A DNA stretch of 64,000 bases, taken from contig CAVVLJ010000017.1 in assembly GCA_963749075.1 (NCBI GenBank), forward strand, positions 736,001 to 800,000, written 5' to 3'. Each line of letters starts with the position of its first letter. Positions within the stretch are counted from its first letter, which is position 1. This stretch comes from an uncultured Pseudomonadota bacterium (lineage in GTDB: Bacteria > Pseudomonadota > Alphaproteobacteria > JACZXZ01). Below are positions 1 through 9,948 of this stretch, piece by piece. The notes under the pieces were generated by a model. That model was not told where the DNA came from. It ran no database searches and saw nothing but the letters and a program-made list of their open reading frames with translations. The position numbers and the translations under genes are program-made.

Positions 1-179
1 TTCAAGAGCTTGGGCGTATCCGTATGCCACTCGATGGGGAAGATGTTGTCCGCGGGAAAGGCCGGCGGCTCCTCGGCGCCGTAGAGGATCTGCTCGGGCG
101 AGGGCGGCAGCGCCCCGTCCGCGGGGGCTGCGGCCGTGCGGCGCTCGAGCTCCTCGGCCGGCGTGCTGGTGGTGGCCAT
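1..179 (-). CDS. 5' part of a gene running off the window edge; hypothetical, possibly a ferritin-like/diiron protein
   Basis: ATG at 179 after a GGAGAG RBS; open to base 1 (MATTSTPAEELERR...NIFPIEWHTDTPKLL); GC3-rich codons. The family guess is weak. Confidence 0.6.
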   Translation of the reverse strand, partial: MATTSTPAEELERRTAAAPADGALPPSPEQILYGAEEPPAFPADNIFPIEWHTDTPKLL

Positions 180-283
180 CGTTTCTCTCCCGTGCCAGGC
201 GGAGCGCATGCGGCGCCGCGCGATATGATTAAGAGACTCTAGCAACACATATGGGCAAAGTGAAACATAAGGCCGCCGTCTCA

Positions 284-1399
284 TCAGCCGCCGTCGAGGC
301 GGCGCATCACCTCCTCGGCGATCGCCATGGAGGCCGTGAGGCCGGGCAATTCGATGCCGTAGAGGTTGACGAGATTGGCGATGCCATGCGTCGCCGGGCC
401 CTGGATGAGGAAATCCTCGGGCGTCCCGCCGGGCTTCTGCAGCTTGGGCCGCACGCCGGCGTAGCCGGGCTGCAGCGTGCCGTCCTTGAGGCCGGGATAG
501 TAATGGCGGATCGTCGCGTAGAACTTGGCCGCACGGTCCTGCGGCACGTCGTAGTCGATGCGGTCGACCCATTCGACGTCGGGTCCGAAGCGCACCTGGC
601 CCGCCAGGTCGACGGTGACGTGGAGCCCGAGGCTCGCGAACTTCACCTCGGGCGCCGGATAGATGAGGTGCTCGAAGGGCGGCTTGCCTTCGAGAGTGAA
701 ATAGCAGCCCTTGGCGAGGTAGCGCCGGGGGATGCTCTCGGGCGGGATGCCCTCGATGGCGCGGGCGACTTCCTGGGCCCAGAGGCCGGCGCTGTTGACG
801 AGGATGCGCGCCGCGATCTGGGTCGGCTCGGCGCCGCCCACCTCGAGGAGGAAGCCCTCCTTCTCGACCCAGCCGGCCACCACCGGGCTATTGAACGCGA
901 TCATGACGCCGTGGTCCTCGGCGTCGCCCTGGTAGGCCAGCATGAGCCCATGGCTGTCCATGGTGCCGGTCGAGGGCGAGAGGAGGGCCGCGTGGCAATT
1001 GAGCTCAGGCTCCATGGTCTTGGCCGTGCGCTCGTCGAGCCAGACAAGATCGGCAACGCCGTTCTCAGCCGCCTTCTTCTCGAGCCGCTCGAGGGAGGCG
1101 AGCTCGCCCGGCTCGGTCGCCACGATGAGCTTGCCCACGCGGCGGTGCTGCACGCCGTGGGCCGGGAGATAGCCGTAGAGCAGCTCCTTGCCGCGCACGC
1201 AGAGCCGCGCCTTGAGCGAGCCGGTCGCGTAATAGATGCCGGCGTGGATGACCTCGCTGTTGCGCGAGCTCGTCTCGGTGCCGATCTGCGCCGCCTTCTC
1301 GAGCACGATCACCTCGCGCCCGGCCATCGCGAGGGCGCGTGCCGTGGCGAGCCCGACAACGCCCGCGCCGATCACCACGCACTCCACCCGCTCGACCAT
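284..1399 (-). CDS. FAD-dependent oxidoreductase, L-2-hydroxyglutarate oxidase (LhgO) family
   Basis: GAGVVG FAD motif, TSSRNSEVIHAGIYY, GPDVEW, C-terminal GIExPGLT. Confidence 0.88.
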   Translation of the reverse strand: MVERVECVVIGAGVVGLATARALAMAGREVIVLEKAAQIGTETSSRNSEVIHAGIYYATGSLKARLCVRGKELLYGYLPAHGVQHRRVGKLIVATEPGELASLERLEKKAAENGVADLVWLDERTAKTMEPELNCHAALLSPSTGTMDSHGLMLAYQGDAEDHGVMIAFNSPVVAGWVEKEGFLLEVGGAEPTQIAARILVNSAGLWAQEVARAIEGIPPESIPRRYLAKGCYFTLEGKPPFEHLIYPAPEVKFASLGLHVTVDLAGQVRFGPDVEWVDRIDYDVPQDRAAKFYATIRHYYPGLKDGTLQPGYAGVRPKLQKPGGTPEDFLIQGPATHGIANLVNLYGIELPGLTASMAIAEEVMRRLDGG

Positions 1400-1595
1400 G
1401 CCGCCGGCCCGTCCGCTCCAAAGGAAGCCGCCGGAGAATGGCGAGCGAGGGGGTGGCGGTCAAGTTTCGTGGGCCAGGGGCCAATTGGGCTCGGCGGGCA
1501 GGCGGGAGTGCAGGGCGGGATGCATTGTGTGCATGGTGTGCGCTTGCGCGGGGGCCTACATAACGCCGATAGTCGTGCTGGGAGGCGGTCGGGCC

Positions 1596-2027
1596 ATGTC
1601 GAGATCGCGGTCGCTGGCGGCGCTCATTTGTCTCGTCGGGCTGGCGCTTGGCTCGGGCGGCGCTGCGCTCGCCGAGGGGGCGAAGCACCAGATCGAGAGG
1701 GGCTCTGCCATCGGAACGCCGCTTCCGGTGGAGAAGGTCGAGGCGGCACCGATCCCACCGCCGCCTTACTCCGAGGCGGAGAAGGCGGCACTCGCCAAAC
1801 TCGATCAGACCACAAGCACGCTCGGCAGCTTGCGCGACCGACTGGCCAGGGAGCTCGACGGGCTCACCACCGTCATGAGCTGGCTCATCTGCCTCGCGGC
1901 AGTGCAGCTCGTCGTGCTCGGCGTGCAGCTCCTGGTGCTGCGCCGCATCCGGCGGCCGGCGGCACCCCCGGCGGGGGCGGCAGCACCGCCCGCCCAGCCC
2001 TCGGCACCCTCTGCCAAGAAGGCCTAG
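1596..2027 (+). CDS. Hypothetical exported/membrane-anchored protein
   Basis: GGAGG RBS then ATG; N-terminal signal peptide ending ALA, helical middle, C-terminal TM helix and Pro/Ala tail. Confidence 0.65.
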   Translation: MSRSRSLAALICLVGLALGSGGAALAEGAKHQIERGSAIGTPLPVEKVEAAPIPPPPYSEAEKAALAKLDQTTSTLGSLRDRLARELDGLTTVMSWLICLAAVQLVVLGVQLLVLRRIRRPAAPPAGAAAPPAQPSAPSAKKA

Positions 2028-2488
2028 CGTCCGTCCGCCGGCGGCTCCACCGTCACGCCGGTGTTGACGGAGCTGGCGATGAAGCACTGGCCGTGCGCCA
2101 GGTGGTGCAGCTCGGCGAGCAACGCGCCGTCCACTTCCGCGCCGGCTGCGAAACGGATGCGCGGACGCAGGTTGACGCGCGCCATCCATAGCTTGCCCGC
2201 CCCGCCCTTCTCGAGAAAGCCCACCGCCTCGTCCTCGTAAGCGTCGACCGCGAGCCGCTTGCGCGCGCAGATCGCGAGGAAGGTCAGCATGTGGCAGCTC
2301 GAGAGCGAGGCGACATAGGCCTCCTCGGGATCGACCCGCTCGGCGTCGCCCTTGAAGGCGGGTGCCGACGAGGCGGCCAGCACGACGGCGCCGCTCTTGA
2401 AGCGCATCTCATGGGCGCGGTTGTAGCTCTCGTAGGTGAAATCGCTGCTGGTGCGCTTCCAGGCGACGGCGGCGTGATGCTCGGACAT
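2024..2488 (-). CDS. OsmC/Ohr family protein
   Basis: DPEEAYVASLSSCHML and HGQCFIASSV two-Cys motifs; AAGGAG RBS. Confidence 0.88.
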   Translation of the reverse strand: MSEHHAAVAWKRTSSDFTYESYNRAHEMRFKSGAVVLAASSAPAFKGDAERVDPEEAYVASLSSCHMLTFLAICARKRLAVDAYEDEAVGFLEKGGAGKLWMARVNLRPRIRFAAGAEVDGALLAELHHLAHGQCFIASSVNTGVTVEPPADGR

Positions 2489-2659
2489 GGCGCTCTCCTT
2501 CGGGGTCCGCCTCATTTTCCCTCCCGGCGAGGCGGAAGGAAAGGCCGGCCCGGCTGCGGATTCTGCCGGGCGAGGGGCATGACGCAGGGGTCTACCGCCT
2601 TTCCGCCCGGCCGCTTTCGGCGTATATCTCTCTACGGTCCCAACCGGAGATGGCCCGCG

Positions 2660-4756
2660 ATGCCCTTCGATCCGCCCGAGCCGATTGCCACGAGGCGCAA
2701 CGTCGAGCTCTTCGCCTCCACCTGCCCGCACGACTGCCCGTCCGTCTGCGCGCTCGAGGTGGAGCGGCTCGATCCCTACACCATCGGCCGCGTGCACGGC
2801 GCAAAGGACAACAGCTACACGGCCGGCGTCGTGTGCGCCAAGGTGGCGCGCTATGCCGAGCGCATCCATCATCCCGGCCGCCTCAAGACGCCGCTCCGCC
2901 GGGTGGGCGAGAAGGGTATCGGCATGGCCGCGTTCCAGCCGCTCTCCTGGGACGACGCGCTCGACGAGGTGGCGCACCACCTCGAGCGCGCCGCGGAGAA
3001 ATACGGGCCCGAGACCGTGTGGCCCTACTTCTACGCCGGCACCATGGGCTTAGTGCAGCGCGACGGCATCGAGCGGCTGCGCCACGTGATGAAGTACTCG
3101 CGCCAGCACAGCACGATCTGCGTCACCCTCTCGGATACCGGCTGGCTCGCGGGTGCCGGCTTCAAGCGCGGCGTGGACGCGCGGGAGATCGCGGAGTCCG
3201 ACCTTGTGGTGGTGTGGGGCGGCAATCCGGTGCATACCCAGGTCAACGTGATGCACCACATCGCACTCGCGCGGAAGGAGCGCGGCGCCAAGCTCGTCGT
3301 CGTCGATCCCTACCGCACGCCGACCGCCGAGCAGGCCGACCTCCACGTCATGGTGCGGCCGGGGAGCGATGGTGCGCTTGCCGCCGCCATGATGCACGTG
3401 CTCTTCAAGGAGGGCTATGCCGACTGGGACTATCTCGAGCGCCACACGGATGCGCCGCGCGAGCTCGTGGCACACCTCAAGACGCGCACGCCCGAATGGG
3501 CGAGCGCCATCACCGGCCTCCCGCCCGAGGAGATCGCCGCCTTCGCGCGGCTCTACGGTGCCGCCAAGCGCAGCTACATCCGCATCGGCTACGGCTTCTC
3601 GCGCTCGAGGAATGGTGCCCAGCAGATGCACGCGGTGGCCTCGCTTCCCGCCGTCACCGGCGCCTGGCGCCACCGCGGCGGCGGGGCGCTCTACGGCCAG
3701 AGCGGCATCTATGCCGTCGACAGGACGCTCATCCAGGGCCTCGACGCGCTCGACGAGAGGGTGCGCCTGCTCGACCAGTCGCGCATGGGCCCGATCCTCG
3801 CGGGCGACCCGCGCGATCTCGGCGAAGGCCCGCCGGTCACAGCGCTCTTCATCCAGAACACCAACCCGGTCGCCGTCTGCCCCGAGGGCCTCAAGGTGCG
3901 CGAGGGCTTCGCGCGCAAGGATCTCTTCGTCGCCGTGCACGAGCAGTTCATGACCGAGACCGCGGCCATGGCCGACATCGTGCTGCCGGCCACCACCTTC
4001 CTCGAGCACGACGATTTCTACGTCGCGAGCGGCCACACCTTCCTCCAGGTGACCAAGAAGGTGGTCGAGCCCGTGGGCGGGAGCCGCTCCAACCACGACG
4101 TGCTGTGCTGCCTCGCGAGCCGCCTCGGCGCCCGCCATGCCGGCTTCGAGATGAGCGCCTGGGAGATGATGGACGCCACCTTGAAGGCGAGCGGCCTGCC
4201 CGACGCGGAGACCGCCTACCGCATGCGCTGGATCGATTGCGGCTACGCCTGGGAGGAGATGCATTTCCTGAACGGCTTCGGCCACGCCGACAAGAAGTTC
4301 CACTTCAAGGCGGACTGGGCGGCGCTCGGGCAGGATCACGCGCGCATGAGCCCCTTTCCCGACCACCTTGCGGTGATCGACGAGGCGACCAAGGAACGGC
4401 CGTTCCGCCTGGTGGCGGCACCCGCGCGCTCCTACCTCAACACCAGCTTCACCGAGACGCCGAGCTCGCAAGCGCGCGAGGGCCGCCCCACTGCACTCGT
4501 CCATCCCGACGATCTCGCGCGCCTCGGCGTCGGCGAGGGCGAGCGCCTGCGCCTCGGCAACGCGCAAGGCACGGTCGTGGTCCACGCCAAAGCCTTCGAC
4601 GGGCTGCAGCCGGGCGTCGTGGTGGTCGAGGGCATCTGGCCCAACGGCGCCTTCGCGGAGGGCCGCGGCATCAACACGCTCACCAGCGCCGATCCCGGCC
4701 TGCCCAAGGGCGGGGCGGTGTTCCACGACACGGCCGTGTGGCTCAGGCCGGCGTAG
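2660..4756 (+). CDS. Molybdopterin oxidoreductase, DMSO reductase family (cytoplasmic)
   Basis: N-terminal CPHDCPSVC...C [4Fe-4S] motif, ADIVLPATTFLE, C-terminal molybdopterin dinucleotide-binding domain; no Tat signal. Confidence 0.9.
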   Translation: MPFDPPEPIATRRNVELFASTCPHDCPSVCALEVERLDPYTIGRVHGAKDNSYTAGVVCAKVARYAERIHHPGRLKTPLRRVGEKGIGMAAFQPLSWDDALDEVAHHLERAAEKYGPETVWPYFYAGTMGLVQRDGIERLRHVMKYSRQHSTICVTLSDTGWLAGAGFKRGVDAREIAESDLVVVWGGNPVHTQVNVMHHIALARKERGAKLVVVDPYRTPTAEQADLHVMVRPGSDGALAAAMMHVLFKEGYADWDYLERHTDAPRELVAHLKTRTPEWASAITGLPPEEIAAFARLYGAAKRSYIRIGYGFSRSRNGAQQMHAVASLPAVTGAWRHRGGGALYGQSGIYAVDRTLIQGLDALDERVRLLDQSRMGPILAGDPRDLGEGPPVTALFIQNTNPVAVCPEGLKVREGFARKDLFVAVHEQFMTETAAMADIVLPATTFLEHDDFYVASGHTFLQVTKKVVEPVGGSRSNHDVLCCLASRLGARHAGFEMSAWEMMDATLKASGLPDAETAYRMRWIDCGYAWEEMHFLNGFGHADKKFHFKADWAALGQDHARMSPFPDHLAVIDEATKERPFRLVAAPARSYLNTSFTETPSSQAREGRPTALVHPDDLARLGVGEGERLRLGNAQGTVVVHAKAFDGLQPGVVVVEGIWPNGAFAEGRGINTLTSADPGLPKGGAVFHDTAVWLRPA

Positions 4757-4839
4757 GGGTGCCGAGCGCTCCAGAGGCGCAAGCGGCGGAGCGCAATATC
4801 CGGTCGTCGCACATGTCGCTGGAAGGCGGTGGACAGTCC

Positions 4840-5205
4840 ATGGATCAGATTTTAGGGCTGCGGCCGTTCGCGCCGGCAAAGGACTTTGAGCTGTCCAAGC
4901 GCTTCTACCAGGCGCTGGGCTTCGCGCCGACGCATGAGCACGAGAATGTCTCGATGCTCAAGCTCGGCAGTTTCAGCTTCATCCTGCAGAATTTCTACGT
5001 GAAGGAGTTCGCGGACAACTGCATGGTCCAGCTGCTCGTTCGAAACGTGGACGCTTGGTGGCGCGGTATCGACGCCGCAAAGCTCATAGGCGATTTCTCT
5101 GTCAAGCCGCCGCGCACTCCCGCCATGCAAAGCTGGGGAATGAAGGTTGGGTTCGTCTTCGACCCGGCAGGGGTTCTCTGGCACGTGGCCAAGGTGCCCT
5201 TCTAG
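4840..5205 (+). CDS. VOC/glyoxalase family protein
   Basis: PAKDFELSKRFYQALGF...WGMKVGFVFDPAGVLW pattern. Confidence 0.8.
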   Translation: MDQILGLRPFAPAKDFELSKRFYQALGFAPTHEHENVSMLKLGSFSFILQNFYVKEFADNCMVQLLVRNVDAWWRGIDAAKLIGDFSVKPPRTPAMQSWGMKVGFVFDPAGVLWHVAKVPF

Positions 5206-5265
5206 GGGGGCGGGGCCCTCTCCGGCATAGCCGTCATCGGCGTCGCCGCTCCGCTCCGCCTCGAT

Positions 5266-7711
5266 CTACAGTCTCGGCCGCATTCCTTGCGCGTCGTGGA
5301 GCGGCGCCATATGCAGCTCGGCGGCAATGCGCTCGCTCGCCACCTCGAGCTCGTACTTGCCGCTCGCGAGATAATCGTCCGAGACGCCGGCCGCGTTGCG
5401 CACGTAGCCGTAGCCGATGCACTTCCCCACCGTGTAGCCCCAGCCGCCGCTCGCGAGCCAGCCGACGAGAGTGCCGTCGCGATAGATCGATTCGCGGCCG
5501 AGAAGGACGACCGCCGGGTCCGCGACCGTGAAGCAGGCGAGGCGCTTCCGAAGCGGCTTCTCTGCCTGCGCCGCGAGCGCCTCGCGGCCGAGGAAATCTT
5601 GCGCCGTCTTGAGCTTGACCGTCCAGCCGAGCCCCGCCTCGAGCGGCGTCGCATCGGGCCCGATATCGGCACCCCAGGCGCGGTAGCCCTTCTCGAGGCG
5701 GAGCGATTCGATCGCCCGGTAGCCGGCATTCACGATGCCGTGCTCGGCGCCGGCGGCCATCAGCGCCTGATAGACGGCGAGCGCGTATTCCGTCGGCACA
5801 TGGAGCTCCCAGCCGAGCTCGCCCACGTAAGTGATGCGGAGCGCGCGGACGGTCGCAGCCGCGACCATGATCTCGCGCGCGTGGCCGAAGGGGAAGGCGG
5901 CATTGGAGAGGTCGGCATCGCTGAGCTTGGCAAGCACCATCGCGCGCTTGCGGTCCCATCAGCGCAAGCGTTGCGTAGGCCGAGCTCACGTCGACGAGGC
6001 TCGCCTCGGCGTGCGCCGGCATGTTGGCCATGATCCAGGCGGCATCGTGGGTGGCGAAGCCGGTGCCGGTCACGATGTAGTAGCGCTCCTCGGCGAGGCG
6101 GGTGACGGTGAGGTCGCACTCGATGCCGCCGCGGCGGTTGAGCATCTGGGTATAGACGACCCGGCCCGGCGGCTTTGCCACGTCGTTCGCGCAAAGCCAG
6201 CCGAGCGCCCGCTCGGCGTCGCGGCCGACGACGAGGAATTTGGCGAAGGAGGATTGATCGAAGAGGGCGACCGCCTCGCGCGCGGCGCGGTGCTCGCGAC
6301 CGACCGCCTCGAACCAGTTCTGCCGGCCGAAGCCGTAGACGTCCTCCGGCGTCTCGCCGGCTCTCGCGAACCAGTTCGGCCGCTCCCAGCCGAGCTTCGA
6401 GCCGAAGCAGGCGCCGGCCTCCTTGAGACGCGCATAGAGGGGCGAGACGCGGAGCGGCCGGCCGCTCGCATATTCCTCGTGCGGCCAGGCCATGGTGTAA
6501 TGCTTGCCGTAGGCCTCGCGCGTGCGCGCGAGCACCCAGCGCTCGTCGCGGTGGAGGGCGCCGAAGCGGCGGATGTCGACGGGCCAGAGGTCCATGGGCG
6601 GCTCGCCGCCGACGATCCATTCGGCGAGCGCGCGGCCGGCGCCGCCGCCTGAGGCGATGCCGAAGGCGTTGAAGCCGGCGCCGACGTAGAAGCCCCTCGC
6701 CTCGGGCGCCTCGCCGAGGATGAAGTTGCCGTCCGGCGTGAAGGATTCGGGGCCGTTGATGAGCTCTTTGACGCCAGCAGTCGCGAGCGCCGGGACGCGC
6801 GCGAGGGCCTGGGTCATGTGCTGCTCGAAATGGTCCCAGTTCGGCGCGAGGAGGGAGAAGTGGAAGCCCTCCGGGATGCCGCCCTCGGCCCATGGAATGG
6901 GGTCGGGCTCGTAGCCGCCCATGACGAGGCCGCCCACCTCCTCCTTGAAGTAGATGAGGCGGTCGGGATCGCGCAGGGTGGGAAGATTGCGCGGCACGCC
7001 GGGAATGGGCTCGGTGATCATGTATTGGTGCTGGAGCGACTGCAGCGGCACGGCAACGCCCGCCATGCGGCCGATCTCCCTGGCCCATTGCCCGGCGCAA
7101 TTGACCACGACCTCGCACTTGATGGCGCCGCGCGCGGTGGCGACGCCCGTGGTGCTGCCCTTCTCGAGAAGGACGCCGGTCACCGGGCAATCCTCGATGA
7201 TGCGCACGCCGCCTTGGCGGGCACCCTTGGCGAGGGCTGAGGTGAGGTCCGCGGGATTGACCTGGCCGTCGGTCGGCAGGAAGGCGGCGCCCACGAGATC
7301 GCCGATGTCCATGACCGGCCAGAGCGCTTGCGCCTCCGCAGGATTGAGGAGATGCATCTCCAGGCCGAAGCTGTGCGCGGTGGTCGCCTGGCGCCTGATC
7401 TCGGTCATGCGCGCCTCATTGCAGGCGAGGCGCAGGCCGCCATTCATCTTCCAGCCGGTCGCCTGGCCGGTCTCGGCCTCGAGGCGGCCGTAGAGCTCGA
7501 CCGAGTATTTGAGGAGCTGGGTCACGTTGGCCGAGCTGCGCAGCTGGCCCACGAGGCCCGCGGCATGGAAGCTCGAGCCGCTCGCGAGCCTGTGCCGCTC
7601 GAGGAGCACGATCTCGCGCCAGCCGAGCCGTGCCAGATGATAGGCCGTCGAGCAGCCGACGATGCCGCCGCCGATGATGACCGCCCGCGCCGTCGTGGGG
7701 AAATCGCTCAT
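5266..7711 (-). CDS. GcvT-family FAD-dependent oxidoreductase (dimethylglycine/sarcosine dehydrogenase-like); apparent +1 frameshift near 5939
   Basis: GGGIVG, SFHAAG, NGPESFTPDG and GWERPNWF lie in one frame; ITYVGELGWE and SLRLEKGY continue in ORF 5266-5940; removing one G at GAT-G-GTG joins the frames. Confidence 0.88.
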
Positions 7712-8613
7712 GGCCGCGGCCCCGCGCGCTCGAAGGCCGCATAGACGCGCTCGAAGCGCGCCAGGTTCCCGGCCGTGTAGGCCGCATAGTCGAAGTCGAT
7801 CGTGGAGTGGATCTCGGAGACCATGCTCCACATCGCCTCGCGCAGCAGCGAGGCGCATTTCATCGCCTGGTAGCTCAGCCGGCGCCGGCCGTCGGCCGGC
7901 CTGCCGTCATAGGCCTCGAGCAGCCAAAGCTCCTCGGCCGCGGCGAGCTCGGCGTTGGAGGCGAGATTGGCGAGGTCGAAGAGGCCTGAGTTGAAGCCCG
8001 CGTAATCCCAATCGACGAGCCACAGCCGCCGGCCAGCGTCGATGAAGTTGGCGGGGAGGAGATCGTTGTGGGCGAAGACGAGCTCGATCGCGCCGACCGC
8101 CTGCTCGAGCACAGTTGCGATCTCCATGAGCCGCGGCAGCCGTGGTGCGTGGGCACTCCCGGCGGCCGCGAGCGTGTGGCCATAGTCGCGGATCACGTGA
8201 AAGACCCAGAATGCCAGCACAGGTCCGCGCAAGTGTTTGGGCATCTCGGTGTGGAGGCACTTCAAGAGCGGGACCACGCGCTCGAGCGTCGCGGGCGCGC
8301 GCAGGTCGGCGGCCGTCAGCGTGCGGCCGTCTATGAAGCGCATGACGATGGCGCCCGGCTCGCGGTGGAGGATCTCGGGCGAGAGGCCGGCGCGGAAGGC
8401 CGCCTCGGCCGCCGCGAGCTCGTTGAAGCGCATCACGCCGTGGACCGGGATGTCGCCGCCGATGCGCACGACGTAGCGCTCGCCTTTCTGGCGCACCAGG
8501 AAATTCCGGTTGGTGATGCCGCCCTTGAGCAGCTCGATCTCGATCGGCGCGCTCCAGAAGCTGAGCTTTAGCGCGCGCTCGCGCGCGTCGCCCGGCGCGC
8601 CGCTATGGCTCAT
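7708..8613 (-). CDS. Choline/ethanolamine kinase-like phosphotransferase
   Basis: GGITNRNF, HNDLLPANF and LVDWDY motifs; 4-bp overlap with the GcvT-family gene. Confidence 0.88.
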   Translation of the reverse strand: MSHSGAPGDARERALKLSFWSAPIEIELLKGGITNRNFLVRQKGERYVVRIGGDIPVHGVMRFNELAAAEAAFRAGLSPEILHREPGAIVMRFIDGRTLTAADLRAPATLERVVPLLKCLHTEMPKHLRGPVLAFWVFHVIRDYGHTLAAAGSAHAPRLPRLMEIATVLEQAVGAIELVFAHNDLLPANFIDAGRRLWLVDWDYAGFNSGLFDLANLASNAELAAAEELWLLEAYDGRPADGRRRLSYQAMKCASLLREAMWSMVSEIHSTIDFDYAAYTAGNLARFERVYAAFERAGPRP

Positions 8614-8625
8614 CGCAGCCTCGCC

Positions 8626-9768
8626 TCAGCCCTTGCGCAACGCCGGCATCACGTCCTTGGCGAACCAGCGGAGCTGCTCCTTGAACTCCTTAGGCGGCAT
8701 GCCCTCCGCCCAATGGATCATGAAATGCTCGAGCCCCGGATACTTGTCCGCGATTCCGCGGATGCCGTCGATCACCTGGGCCGGCGGGCCGCAGAACCAG
8801 GCCTTCTGCTGCACCCCGTCGCGCAAGGTCGGCACGCGGGCCGGCGCTCCCGGCATGCCCCAGCTCCGCCCCTCTTCGTCGGCGTAGCGCACGAAGCCGA
8901 AGGGGGCGAACCACTTGTAGCGCTCGTCGTGCGCCGGCTCGATGCGGCGGATGGCCTCCTCCTCGCTGTCGGCGAGACAGAGTCCCGCACCCCAGATCAC
9001 GTCCTCGCCGAGCTTCTTCTTCCGTCCGTGGCGGGCGCAGGCGGCGTGGTACTGGCGCACCACGTCGTCGAGGATCTTCTCGCCGTTGAGCGTCACCATC
9101 GCCTTGAGGCCGTATTGCGCCATCATCTCGATGGTGCGGCCGCTCGCGATCGGCATCCAGATCTCGACGGGGAGGTGCTTGGGCCGCGGGATGACGGTGA
9201 TCTCCTCGAGCCGGTAGCCGCGGTAGTCGACGGGCGGCGGGCACTCGAAATACTTGCCCTTGTGGTGGAAGGCCTCCTCGTTGAAGCATTTGAGGAGGAG
9301 CTGGAGCCCCTCCTCGAAATAGGCGCGGTTGGCCTCGGCGTCGAGGAGCGGGGCGCCGAAGCTCTCGACCTCGCGCGTGTGGTAGCCGCGCCCCACGCCC
9401 ATGATGACGCGGCCATCGGTCACGATGTCGGCCATGGCATAGTCCTCGGCCAGGCGGATCGGGTGCCACATGGGCAGCACGTTGAAGGCGCAGCCGAACT
9501 TGAGGCGCTTCGTCTGGGTGGCGAGCCAGAGGCCGAGCTGGATGAGGTTGGGCAGGCACTCGTAGCCCTCGCGCTGGAAATGGTGCTCGGCCGTCCACAG
9601 CACGTCGAAGCCGAGCTCGTCCATGGTGCGCGCCACGTCGCGCGCGGTGGCGAAGACCTCGCTCAGGCGCTCGTTGGCATAACGCCGCTCGTCGGCCGGC
9701 GTGCCGCTCAAGCCGACGTTGTCGAGCTCGATCTGGCCCACGTAAAGGACGTGGAAATTCTTGATCAT
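8626..9768 (-). CDS. LLM class (luciferase-like) flavin-dependent oxidoreductase
   Basis: WTAEHHFQREGYE, HPIRLAEDYAMAD, GRVIMGVGRGY. Confidence 0.9.
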   Translation of the reverse strand: MIKNFHVLYVGQIELDNVGLSGTPADERRYANERLSEVFATARDVARTMDELGFDVLWTAEHHFQREGYECLPNLIQLGLWLATQTKRLKFGCAFNVLPMWHPIRLAEDYAMADIVTDGRVIMGVGRGYHTREVESFGAPLLDAEANRAYFEEGLQLLLKCFNEEAFHHKGKYFECPPPVDYRGYRLEEITVIPRPKHLPVEIWMPIASGRTIEMMAQYGLKAMVTLNGEKILDDVVRQYHAACARHGRKKKLGEDVIWGAGLCLADSEEEAIRRIEPAHDERYKWFAPFGFVRYADEEGRSWGMPGAPARVPTLRDGVQQKAWFCGPPAQVIDGIRGIADKYPGLEHFMIHWAEGMPPKEFKEQLRWFAKDVMPALRKG

Positions 9769-9845
9769 GGCGCTCTTCCCCTGCCGCTGCCGCGCGCATC
9801 GCTCCTTCTCGCAGGCATCTTGCCACAACGGCCACCTCGATCCAT

Positions 9846-9879
9846 CCCCTCTCCGCCTTCAGGAGGAGAGGGAGGGTAG
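9846..9879. repeat. Single REP-like palindrome (CCCTCTCC...GGAGAGGG family)
   Basis: cccctctccgccttcaggaggagagggagggtag resembles the unit at 25138. Confidence 0.5.
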
Positions 9880-9898
9880 CGTGCGATCGTTGCAATGC

Positions 9899-9917
9899 CT
9901 AAGCCGCTTAGCTAAGC
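9899..9917. promoter_or_regulatory. Overlapping palindromes, candidate MarR operator
   Basis: Perfect GCTTAGCTAAGC (9906-9917) and CTAAG-N3-CTTAG (9899-9911) in the divergent intergenic region, upstream of an operon that encodes a MarR protein. Confidence 0.4.
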
Positions 9918-9948
9918 TCGCACGAAGCCAGCGCCAGGGAAGGTGCCC

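Noticed and set aside
5930-5950. Programmed ribosomal frameshifting in the GcvT-family, amidohydrolase or SBP genes
   Set aside because: No slippery site or stimulatory structure is visible; sequencing error is the simpler explanation
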